NCBI GenBank assembly: GCA_040357565.1
Contig: JBDODJ010000083.1
DNA length: 47,138 nucleotides
Direction: 5' to 3' (one strand)
Source: Cercozoa sp. M6MM
Lineage: Eukaryota; Protista; Endomyxa: Ascetosporea
A model generated the notes under the pieces. It was given only the letters and a program-made list of their open reading frames with translations. It did no database searches and was not told the DNA's origin. Below, piece by piece: positions 12,901-23,958 of the stretch. Numbering within the stretch: position 1 is the first letter of the stretch; every line of letters begins with the position of its first letter. Position numbers and translations under genes: made by a program.

Positions 12901-15900
12901 ACGTGCCCAGTTGGCGCTGACTGCTCGGATGGTCAAATTCGAGCTGAGGACAACTTCTGGATCGATTACGATGCAGACAGCGGTCGAATTGGCGCCTATA
13001 GGTACTCAAGCTTCCTTAAAACGCATGTTTCTGTTAAAATGCGGTGTCTAGATGCAAGACGGGCGAGCACTGTCTTGCGGTCAGTTTTCTTGTTTTTCGT
13101 CACGAGTTTTGAAAAAACTAAATTCGTGTTGCAGGGCTCGAAGTGTTCAAGCGTGTCTGGTGTTGGTGGTGAACCTCTGCCACGCACGTGCTGGTAGTGC
13201 CTCGCTTCTTTCTATCTGTGTCCAAAGATATTGTCTGTATTTTCAAAGTGGACCGAATCGAGAGTTAGCCGACAGCGTATCCTCAGTTCGTTAAAGAGTA
13301 CTGGAATAGCACCTTTGTGTTGGTGTAGAATGCGCTGTGTGGCGAATGTCTTGACGGCTACTATGAGTGGTACATCTTACCTCAGACTAAAGGGGGGGAC
13401 AAATGCATGAATACGTGTTGTGACAGGGGAAACAAATGCATCAAGTGCGACAACGACGGCAGGTACCTCTTCTTCTGATACCACATTGTCTCACTGTTGT
13501 TCTCAGTGTGGTCGGCAATATCGTTCTTGTGCTGTTCATGTACTTCGCCTACGTTGCGGTAGTTTTTTGTTTTAACATTGCTCATGATGAAAGAAGCATG
13601 CACTATGAGGACAGGTCGTGCACTTGCTGGCGCAAAACTTGAGGTGAGATTTATTGCGCACTCGAAAGATAAATCGTGAGTTTGAGTTCTCTTGTTTCTA
13701 AATCAGGGATGCTTCGGTGCGTATCCTTCTGTATTACGTCCAAATGAGCAAGCTGTTTGCCGGTGCCATCGATGTCTCGATCTCTGGGTATGCGGACCAT
13801 GCAGTGCTTATTTTGCTCGCTACCCTCCTGTCTGGGTAGGTGGCTGGCCAAGCTGTTCTTTGGTCTGTTCTCGCTGGACGTAATGGCCATCACGGGCGGC
13901 AGCATGTGCTACGGACGCGCCTCGTACTCTCACTTTGTGAGAGGTGTCTTTGCATTGAAGAAGCATCGCGTCCCTCCTTGTAGACCAATGACGCGTATCT
14001 GGATGTCGGCATTCACGCCGATCTTTACTCTGGTACAGTCGCAACTGAGGGTTCTTCCCAAGACTTGAATAACCTGCTGAACAGGGATTGCTGGGAGTGC
14101 TCCTCGTGATAAAATTCGCCCTCAACCGTGGTACTTTACTCCGATTTCTCGCTCTTAGTTTCAGATCGAATTTTGCGTTTTAGAGCGATTCGACGACACG
14201 AAAGCTGCCTTCAAACGAACGGTGCAAACAGCTGTTGTACCCTAACGTGTGTGCGTTTATGTGACCTGTTTAAACAGGGTCTGTACTTGCTGATCGGCAG
14301 CTATGCCGCCGTATTGGACGTTGTGATTCAGGTCGTCTTTGGGTGCACCGATGCCGGCTTGGTACTTCCTTGTATAGCGTCTATATAATTATTCGTATAT
14401 ATTGTAACATTGTCTGAATAACTATTATATATATATATATGCATATATTGCAGGATGGTCGCCAAGTGTTGAAGGAGTACCCGTCAGTGTCGTGTGACTC
14501 GTGTATGTTCTTCGCACGGTATCTGATGTGCTGTACTACTTGGACAATGCAGCATCGTATAAGTCGACGCGCCTCGCCCTGGGAGTCGTGGGTCTCGTTT
14601 ATGCACTTGGCATCCCGGCGTGGCTGCTGTTTGTGATGCGACGGCGCCTGCACCGACAGCAGTTGTTCACACTGGAAGCACAGCGACAGATTGGCGTGCT
14701 CACCGAGGTGCAGTCACTTTCCGGTTTTGTCATCCTTTGAACCCGTGTCCGCCACGACTGAAACAGGTGTACCGACCGCGCGTGTACTACTGGGAGGCAT
14801 TCGTACTGCTGCGACGCACTGTACTCAGTCTGTCTGTCAGTCTGTCTGTTTTGTCTTGTGACCTCCTTGGTATGACAGTTGCTCCTGATCATCGTCTTTG
14901 TCAATGTCAGCAGCGACAATACTGAGCAGTACATTCTGAGACTTGTGTATGCTAATAGAACATGTATAAAGTTGATGAAACAGAATGCTTTTCCTGTCGG
15001 GCATTGCGACAACAATCTTCCTGGCGTAGTTTGTGCTGTACAAGTCGACACGTTGTGCTGATTCTCTGTCTGCTTGTACAGCGTCCAGTTGGTCGTGTGG
15101 CCTTATCGCCGCGTGTCTGACAATGCCATGGAACTTGTAAGTTCCAGCAGCAACACTGCTCGTGTTCTTTCTCTCTTTTATTGACTGGTTTGGACTATCG
15201 TAGTTCGTGCTGCTGGCGCATCGCGTGACACTACTGGCACTGGCAACCGCCGAGGCACCAATGTCGCAGACGCAGTCAGATCTGTTCGCATTGTGGATGC
15301 TTGTGGTACTCAATGCTTCCTCTTTTCTCTGTCGACCTCAATTGAACTGTACTGGCAGTCGTCGGGTCTGCTGGTGCTTTCGCTGGTGATGGTGAAGTCA
15401 CTCGAGTGGCGTCATCACATGCAGTTGCAGGTGACTTTACTCTGCTCTGCTTTCCTGTACCAGACTGCTTGACTGTGCCGTATGTGTCTGTAGGGACAAG
15501 CACTGCCGTGGCAGACTGAGAGTGCCTCGCTTCTGAGCAGGGGTAGCACTGGTTCTTCTTGTGTTTTCTTCAACAGTGGACCTCTGCTCGATACAGCAAT
15601 CGCCTCGGTGGCCGAGTGCTTCACGTGTGCTCCTCTGTCGCGTGTTACTCTGAAAGACCGCTCACTGGACCAGGTGCTGTCGACGCGACTTGTGACATCG
15701 ACTGACTTTGACGTGTTCGAGCAAGGTTTTTAACTTTCTTTCGATCTTGCTTTGCTCAAAGACGCGTGTCCTTTTTCATAGGCGGTGGTGACTTATTGAA
15801 TTCCGAAGTGGTTACGGTAAGTCCTGTCGACACTGATACGTGTTTTGTCAGTGCAAAGTCAGTGCAATTTTGGTTCTGTGTATGGTAGAGTCCAGTTGGA

Positions 15901-16226
15901 CAGCACGCTGCTCAGGTCGGTTGTTCATATCTCGCCTTGTGTGTATAGCTTTATCGATTCTGATTGTGCGATATGACAGTTCTTTGGTGGTCTGCGCACG
16001 CTGCCTTACGACGTCTTTGACATCGAGAGCAGTCGCGTGCACGTGCAGGAGGTCGCTTTGGCGGCGCTTGATAACGCCGGCGAACCAGACACCAAGAGTC
16101 AGCGCTAACCACTACTTGTGCTTGTACACTGTATGGTCCGTCCAGCGCGGTGGTTGTTGTTTTCCGTTATTGGGGCACGTGGTCGCCGCTCGATCTTTGA
16201 GTGACCAGCAACCATATGAGTTGTGA
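3355..16226 (+). CDS. Giant surface protein: signal peptide, large ectodomain, Cys-rich CxxC (GCC2/GCC3, ephrin-receptor-like) repeats and a multi-pass (7 or more TM) C-terminal domain
   Basis: The N-terminus MPAVWQAALVLLLAWLSSVRA is a signal peptide. Exons at 12394-13460 give CVECVNG..CEAGTY..CIPCDPFTF..CQECPRGQY..CLTCPVGADC..NFW..NALCGECLDGYYEWGNKCIKC. Exons at 13507-15430 give TM segments with RILLYYVQ, EYPSVSC, YRPRVYYWEAFVLLRR and VWPYRRVSDNAMEL. The middle exons were not fully resolved, so a single gene is assumed. Confidence 0.7.
4089..4220. repeat. (GT)n microsatellite in an intron, with a 10-N gap
   Basis: Directly visible. Confidence 0.95.
6800..6922. repeat. (GT)n microsatellite in an intron, with a 10-N gap
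   Basis: Directly visible. Confidence 0.95.
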
Positions 16227-16372
16227 CCTTACCAAGTCAACACTGCACTGTTTCAGTCGAAGATCGATCAGCGACTTTACCCAGTCGTGGATCACTCAGT
16301 CTTAATATTATCAAGTAGTGATCACTGGTGCTGTTTGCTTGACTTCGCACGTTGAGATTAGAGTAGTCAGGC

Positions 16373-17418
16373 ATGCGAGGCCTGTGGGCTGTGTTGCTTG
16401 CGGTGCCTGCGCTTGTCAGGGCCCAGTATGTCTGCTTGTCTTTTTTTCTGTAGTTTCTGTGCAGTTTCTTCCCACTTTCGCTGTCTAGGTTAGCAGTCAG
16501 CGTCAGTAGCAGCTCTTTTACGAGCGTTTACCTGAATGACACGGTATTTTGCAATTCAAGCTCGTGATTAGCCCTTTCTCAAGTGACCCACCCCGTGGCA
16601 GAAATCCGTGTCCTATACTGTGTCGGGTGGAGCTGCTGGCACCGATTTTGATGAAGTATGTGCCCTTCTGTCCCATTTCTGGCTTACCCTGCAAGACACT
16701 TGCTTTCGTTCATAGGTGCGTTTGGTGATGCGCAAGCTCGGCGAGTTCGGCGACATTGTGCTTGCCTCGCATACGCCTGTTTCTGGTATGGTGTCGGAGT
16801 CGCGTAAGGCCTATGTGGTGTGTGTGTGGCAATGTACTGTATTACTCCTCTATCTCTGGTTCGGTAGAATCTGGCTCTTTTGAATGGCATGTGGATGTTG
16901 TCCCGGAGCTGTCGAATCGGTAAGTTAAATTAGATTTACCCTTTGTTTGAATCGCCTGACACAACTCGTTACAGCGACTTGAATGATGAGACAATCTACG
17001 TGCAAGGCGCGATGCTTGAGTGTAAATTTAGGAGATCTGTTGCTTCCTTCGGATCTCTCTTTTTACATATCCTGTGTTGTTAAGTGACTGTGGTTCCCAC
17101 TGGCGGAATGACTGTGACGCCGAATATTTTTACGTCGTAGATTAGTCCATCGTTCCCTGTCAGTGTGGTGTGCTTGTTTTTACTCGTTGGCGCACTCAGG
17201 TCCAATTTCAAGATCAGTCGTCGCGGGTTTGGCTTTTCTTCGATCTCTACGAAAGTAGAGGACAACGAGGTACCCATGCCGATGTTATCGCTTCGTCTGC
17301 CCATTAATTGTCTGTCATGCCTCAGGGTCAAATGAGCACATCGTCCTACCTGTATGTTGGTGCGCCAACACTCTTTACTTGGTCGCAGTCCTACGAAACG
17401 CCACTCTATGCGTACACG

Positions 17419-17477
<59 letters not shown>

Positions 17478-20400
17478 ACACACACACACACACACAGTTT
17501 TTGTGTGTCCGCAGCGACATGCACTACTCCGTGAACGATGGTCCGCTTCAGTACATTGCGTCGAATGCTTCCTTCAACGATACGCTCGACAAGTTTGTCG
17601 TTGACTGGAACGCCAATGTACGACAGCATTCATTTCACTGAAATTCTAGCTGTGCAGTTTGTGTACCTCAGGACACGTATTTGTTGGAAACTTTGGACGA
17701 CTTGGAGCGAGTCTACGTCAAATTTGTATTTCCTCATTGTAATGTGCGTGCGTGTTTGTGATGTGTCTGTCATGTATTTGGGTTTGAAGGTTGCCACTCC
17801 GACAAGCATGTCGCTTGAAGAACGCAAGTACTATTACCGGGTACTTATGCCTTTAATATCGTAGAAATGTCCAGTACGCCAATGTTCGAACTTTGAACAG
17901 AGAAACGCCACAATGTCGAAATACGTTTACAAAATGGAGGTCAACCTAAACAAGCCACGGTTTGAGGTACTACCGTTGTTGCAGTCTCCTGCCTTTCTAT
18001 GTTGAGCTTTCGTTCTTGCAGACTGTGACTACGGCGGATCAAAGCGTGTCGATCCAGATGGGCTACTATTCGGTAAGTTACTGCTCGAGATTGACCTTAT
18101 GCAGTTTATAGTTGTTCTCGTTGTTTGTAGATCTACTCAATGCGGGTCGGCGCGTCGTTCGTACTGATGCTTTCATTGTTCTCTCGCATTTTCGGCTTAT
18201 GTTTTGTCCTCTTGATCTAGAAAATCACGGACATCTTCAAGAAAGCGTCGATCGGATCCGTATCGTTGCTCCCTTGTTTGTTCTGAGGATAAATTTTCTG
18301 TCTTGTAGTGGGACCTCCACGCCAGCAAGGTCGACATTTATTTGGCGGCGCCGGATGGCACTCCCCTTACCTGGAGCTCTCGGGTACTGCGAGTTGATCT
18401 TATATGTTGCTGACTCTACATGCACACTCGCACGCAGCAAGAGGTGCCGATTGTTGAGGACTTTGTCGTCGAGGAAAACGGGTCGCCGAATGCTGTACAT
18501 TTGTCAACTGACTCGCGTGCTTTCTGGGTGTTCTGAGCCTCAATTTTGGTCATTTTTCAGACGCTGGAGCTGTCGCTGCCGGTCCGTCCGTTCGCTGCGT
18601 TCGAGACGGAAGCTGAGCCTGATTCTTACAGTATAAATTTTCTTAAGGATGCGCCTTCCCAACTGACTTATATTACTTGGTGGTTTAGGAGTGGACCTGA
18701 TTATCCGGCCCGCCAAGTCGGTGTATGGCACGGACAAGCGCACACATTGGTGGGACTCGAACTCTGCTGAGGTAGCGCTTCTTCTTGTGCGGCCACCCTA
18801 GTTTCGCTGATGACTCGTGTGTCTATGTGTTTGTGTGTATGTGTGGTAGTACCGCACAAAGATTAAAATCGAGAAATATGAGCTGCCAGTGGACCCGGAG
18901 AAACTGTTCACGGCAGGCGTGGCCGACAACAAACTGTAGCGGGACAGCCTATCGATAATGTGATCGATCAGTGACTGATTGTGGTGACGCAGATACCTCG
19001 GTCTGGAGGACTTGTCGTTGAACACACTGACACTGGGTCTGCCTGACAGGTACTGCCCAAGTGTGTCACTCCTGTGTTTGTCACCTTACTCTTTGGTTGT
19101 TGTACCTCCAGCTTCATTGACGGAGTGCAACTGGTGCAGCAGATGTCGGTCTACCTGCAACTCGGGTACTGATAGAGACACTTTGGGCGCCCCCCCCCCC
19201 CCCTGTTCCTTTTATTTCTTGTTTGTGTAGACGCAATCCAGCCAAGCTGCTGATCGACCACATGGATGTGTACGCGTGCAGATACTGTAAAAAGTGGAGG
19301 ACATAGATATGCACATGTCTGTGTGTGTGTGTGTGTGTGTGTACACAGACCGAACGAATCGACAGTGGACGTGCTGCTGGCGCCTGACAAGTTGCTGCAC
19401 CTGGATGGTCAGTACGGACGCAAGAATGTAGGCAGTCTCTCGCCTCCTATTGTCCGACACCCTATCCCCTTTTCCCGTAGTTCTACAAGGTCTATGTGGA
19501 GGTGCACGGCAATGCGACGTTGTTCACGGTGGACCCTCAGGACAACTTGTACCTACTGCCGGTCCAGGTGGCCTTTGGACAGACCGCCGATGATCTCGAG
19601 AATGGCGGAGGCAATGGCGGCGGCGGCGGCTTTCCCAAGTGGCTCATCTACGTCTTTGTGGCCGCTCTCATGTGCGGCCCGGCCACGTGCGCACATCTCA
19701 AGTACTACCCCCACTTTGCCCCCTACCCCTACCCCTATGTCTACCACCCTCCCCCTACCCTACCTCCCACTCCTCCCAGGCGACGAGCAGCTGTGCGAAA
19801 CCGCGAGCGACAGGAGCGAGCCGAGACACGCGAAGCTGTGCTTTCTTCTTTTGTTAGACTGTGTGCAGCCTTAATTCTGTGTTTGGTTGCAGCCTTAATT
19901 ATGTGTGTGTGCAGCCTTAACTATGTGTGTGGCAGCCTTAACTAATCTGTGTGTGTGTGCAAACAGGAGGAGCGACAGGCCATTGCGGGTGCGCAGTCGG
20001 CGCTTCAGAAACGCAGCGCTGTCATGCAGCAGGCCGCGCAGGTTCCCCACCCTACTCTCTACCCTACCCTACCCTCTACCCTACCCTACCCTCTACCCTA
20101 CCCTACCCTCTACCCTACCCTACCCTACCCTATCCCCCTTTACCCCCTCTCAGATCACAGCCGCCTGCAAGGAGGCCAACGTGGTGGTTGCCGGCGTGCA
20201 ACAATGGCACTACTCGGACCGGTCGCGACTGACGGTAGCACGTGTCTCCATTGATACTGACTGAGTGACTGGATGACTGGATGACTGGGTGACTGGGTGA
20301 CTGAGTGACTGGGTGACTGGTGACTGGGTGCACTGCAGAAGGGCAAGACGTTCTCGCTGGAGACGGATGCGCGTGCGTATGCCAAGGACCGGCAGAAGGG

Positions 20401-21715
20401 CTTCAAGTGCAACCTCGACTTTGGTGCCACGGTGCGCTTCACGGGTGGCGACATCAATGACGTCGTGGCCGACTCGCCGCCCTGTACTGTCCCTGTCCTA
20501 CTACTGCCTGACAGTCGTGTTTACTACCTGATTTACTACCTGGTGTACCTGGTGTACTACCTGGTTTACTGCCCTGTTTGGACAGGCTTCAACATCTCGG
20601 TGAACGACGACTGCTTCGTCGCTGTGCTGGGTATATTGCAAGTGGGTATGGGGGTATGCACAGGGGTATAACGGTAGTGTGCTGCAGAGGGCACCCCGTG
20701 CACGGTCAAATTCGACAACGACAGCGCTCGCATCTTCCATGGCGGTACTTGATTTACTCTCGCTGTAAACCACCCCCTACCCCCTCCCGTGTAGATCGAG
20801 AGGAGGCTTCGCTGCAGTTTGATTTTGCTGCCAACACTTGGCGCACTCAGGGTACTACCTTGTTACTATAGTTTCGGGGTGAAGAGGGAGCTAAAGGGGG
20901 ATGTTAAAGGGGTTAAAGGGGGAGTTAAGGGGGGGTTAAACTGTTCAATACTGCAGGCCACAGCAGTGACACGCAACTGCACGCAATGTTGAATTCGCAG
21001 TGTCAGAACACTCTGCATGTATATCCCTCTTTGTTCTTTGTTTCAATCGAGGGTGATCTTTGAGTAAGAAAGTCTGTTTCCATAGGTGACCGTGGGTCAG
21101 GTGCCGCCGTTTGGTCTCTTGCTATCGCAGGTATCTTTCTTACCCTTTTTTACCCCCTCTTGATATACTTTGACAATGCAACCCTTCAGGTGGGTGCCTG
21201 GATTGCTGCACTCGCTTTGTGGCGTCGCAATGATACTGTACCCCCCCCCTCCTCCTGTTGTACCTACAGACAGTATCACGTTTGACTGGACCACTGTGTC
21301 TTAGGAAGAGACTCAAGCACGCGAGACGTTTATGCAAACCAACTTGGCTGCTGTGTCTGCACAGGAGACCAACTTACTGGTACTTTAGTGTCTGTCTATC
21401 CTGTACTCTTCTGTCTGTGCTGTACCTTACCCCCCCCCCCCCCCCCCGGATAGAACTCGTACCGCGGCCGTCTGTTGTCGTCGTTGCCGTCGATTTGTGC
21501 CGCGTGCAGTCAGACGGCGTCGCTGCGTGTCTGTGGTGTGTGTGCGCACTCGTGGTACCTCGCACTTCTTGCAGTTCCAGTGCAGAAGCAAGACATGAAG
21601 CATATGATGCTTGTGCCCAACAGGTGCAGCAACTGTCTCAACCAGTCGTCCTGTCCCAACAATGGTACACACGCTTTCTGTACATGTCTGTGTTTGAGTG
21701 TCTGTTTTGTGTCTG

Positions 21716-21775
<60 letters not shown>

Positions 21776-22095
21776 TAGCGTTTTGGTTGTGTGTGCAGGC
21801 TCACATCGTCCGCTCTTCGCACCGAACGAGATCGCCACGGCCGAACCAGTACATTGACCTTTCTTTTCAAACTGGGAACGAGAGGCATTGGTGTGGCAGG
21901 ATGGCGGTCCCGAGGGCGAACAGCTACGCATTATTCGTGCGGAGAAGTACATCTTCTACTGGCTAACTATGGGGTGATACTCATTATTATGGCTTGTTTC
22001 TGCACAGACAACGCTCCCAGCAGTCGGCCGCTCAGGTGTTCACGCAGATTCAGGGCCGCTTCGAGCAACGCCGTCAGCAGCTCCTCATGCTGTAA
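16373..22095 (+). CDS. Single-pass (type I) membrane protein: signal peptide, large beta-rich ectodomain, TM, cytoplasmic beta domain and a Cys-rich zinc finger
   Basis: Signal peptide MRGLWAVLLAVPALVRAQ. Gly linker plus TM and basic stop-transfer GGGNGGGGGFPKWLIYVFVAALMCGPATCAHLKRRAAVR at 19600-19800. All exons from 19480 to 22095 splice in frame to TAA at 22093-22095 and include CAACSQTASLRVCGVCAHSWCSNCLNQSSCPNNGSH. Confidence 0.7.
17423..17495. repeat. (CA)n intronic microsatellite
   Basis: Directly visible. Confidence 0.95.
19861..19945. repeat. Intronic tandem repeat with core GCAGCCTTAA x4
   Basis: Four ~22-bp units, each GT-rich followed by gcagccttaa. Confidence 0.85.
20046..20135. 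repeat. (CCCTA/CCCTCTA)n intronic repeat
   Basis: Directly visible. Confidence 0.9.
20255..20330. repeat. (GACTGGGT/GACTGGAT)n intronic repeat
   Basis: Directly visible 8-bp units. Confidence 0.9.
21719..21772. repeat. (GT)n intronic microsatellite
   Basis: Directly visible. Confidence 0.95.
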
Positions 22096-22809
22096 GCACG
22101 TGCGGTGCGTCCATTGATAATTTATATCCGCGCACGTGATCCCTCCGTCGGTCCCCGGGCTATATTGACTTTTTTTCAAAGTTATTAATCAACTTTCCGA
22201 CGGTTAAATTCAAGTCGAAAGTCCGAGTAAAGTTAGTGACTGTGTTATTGCTGAGCTGGTCGAACAAACGCAAGCGCGTATGGTGCTGTCGCTGTTGATT
22301 TAATTTAAGAAGTCGATGCTGCCTGATGTTTAGTCCAGGGCGGGGACCCTGTTCGTCAGCGCAGTTGGCAGTCGGTTTCTGCAGATCGATAAGCAAGCTG
22401 AATGTTACTTACTGTACCTGGAACGTTTAGCAAAGTTCTGGACGCAGACAGCATTTCTAAGGATCGTTGAGCTTTATGTTGAATAAACTTGGCTACGTCA
22501 GTTGTTTCTCACAAGAACGAACATGTCGCAAGCCCCACATAAGCTTCAGTTGCGCGCGCAACACCGCTGGTAGCTGGAGCCTGAGTTTATTGTTTTCTTC
22601 TGCCACAAAGGCTGGCTTACTAGGGCAAAAACGTTGTGAACTGGACTTGGCGTTTTCACGGCATCGACGTTGACGCCTGAAGGAAGGTCATGCAGTTGGC
22701 ACGTCACTCAAAAGTTGCGCTCGCCACTGGTTTCGGAGAATCAGTCGGCACATTTCTCTCAAAGGTATTGGTCTAGTCTGTTTTAGCCGGCACCGATCTT
22801 ACAGTTCCA

Positions 22810-23431
22810 ATGAAAATCCTTGCTGCTGCCGCGCTGTTGGTATGATACGATATGGGCTTCCTGATCGTTGTGACAAAGAGAGTGTGCAGGGAGTTTTTGG
22901 CACCGACGCCACTCTCGCACCTCGCGGTGGGTATGGAACTTACGCGTTCCAGTACGGACGGCCTTACTCTGGCTACTCTGGCTACTCTGGCTTTGGTTGC
23001 CGTCCCTATTCTGGCTACTCGGGCTGCTCTGGCTTTGGCGGATACGGTTTTGGTGGCTACGGCTTTGGTGGCTACGGCTTTGGTGGTTACAACGCCTGCG
23101 TTCCGTACGGTCAGTGCTGCGCACCGACATACGCGTACCGAATCTCTTTTTATTTCCTTCTCAATGACACGGGGACTCGACTGGCTTTAAAACTACGTTG
23201 TGGGCAGATACGGAGGGTACAACGCGGGACGCTACGGTGGCGCTCTCGTGCCTGCTGGCTATGGTACTACTTAATTTAACCTCAATGCCTATTTGAGTTA
23301 CAGTAGCAATGTAAATATCTTGTACTGTCCATTTTGAGACAGGTCATGGCGGGTACGGAAACTGCGGCGCCGTCTGTCGCAGTGACTATGGTTATGGTAC
23401 TGATTTGCATTGTGTATTACAGATACTGTAA
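22810..23431 (+). CDS. Small secreted Gly/Tyr/Cys-rich structural-type protein
   Basis: Spliced: MKILAAAALL|GVFGTDATLAPRGGYGTYAFQYGRPYSGYSGYSGFGCRPYSGYSGCSGFGGYGFGGYGFGGYGFGGYNACVPYGQCCAPTYA|YGGYNAGRYGGALVPAGY|GHGGYGNCGAVCRSDYGY. The 3' end is uncertain. Confidence 0.75.
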
Positions 23432-23591
23432 GCTGCATTGATGAGGTACTTTGTGTTGAATTTGAAGGCCAAAATGGATACCGCAACTCCCGTAAAGTAC
23501 ACCTATCGGACGATGTAAATTACTATGTGTAGCTTTTACGCAATACTGACCCTCATGAGCAGGCCAGATTGCGCCGTTGAGTATGCGCGAG

Positions 23592-23958
23592 ATGGCCAGT
23601 ACTGAGAAGCAGCGAAAGATTCGTCAACAGGCGGAATCGTCCAAGAACGTGCAGACTGCCATGAAAGTCGAGCAGTGTAAACATGCATCTTTTCTCGTCT
23701 GTGACCAGAATGGAATATGAACAGGAAATTGATTCGCTGTACTGTATAGCTCGTCCCGATGCCTTCATGTTCTTTGCTGACTATGTGGCCGACATGGAGT
23801 ATGACCGCGTAAGGCTTTTCTCCCGTATTTGGTTTGACCCAGTATAAATTTAATGTCGCCCAACTGGCACTATACAGCTACTGTCGCAACCGGAGCGTCC
23901 GCGCAAAGGTCGCAAGCAGCAAAAGAAGCGCAAGCACCGCGGCAAAGGCAAGAAATAG
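23592..23958 (+). CDS. Small (~74 aa) hypothetical protein with a Lys/Arg-rich C-terminal tail
   Basis: Three exons joined by GT-AG introns give MASTEKQRKIRQQAESSKNVQTAMKVEQSRPDAFMFFADYVADMEYDRLLSQPERPRKGRKQQKKRKHRGKGKK*. Confidence 0.6.

Noticed and set aside
22096-22140. Imperfect hairpin right after the stop codon (cacgtgcgg...ccgcgcacgtg); similar small hairpin at 24108-24124
   Set aside because: Short GC-rich stems are expected by chance, and there are no SECIS or other diagnostic motifs.
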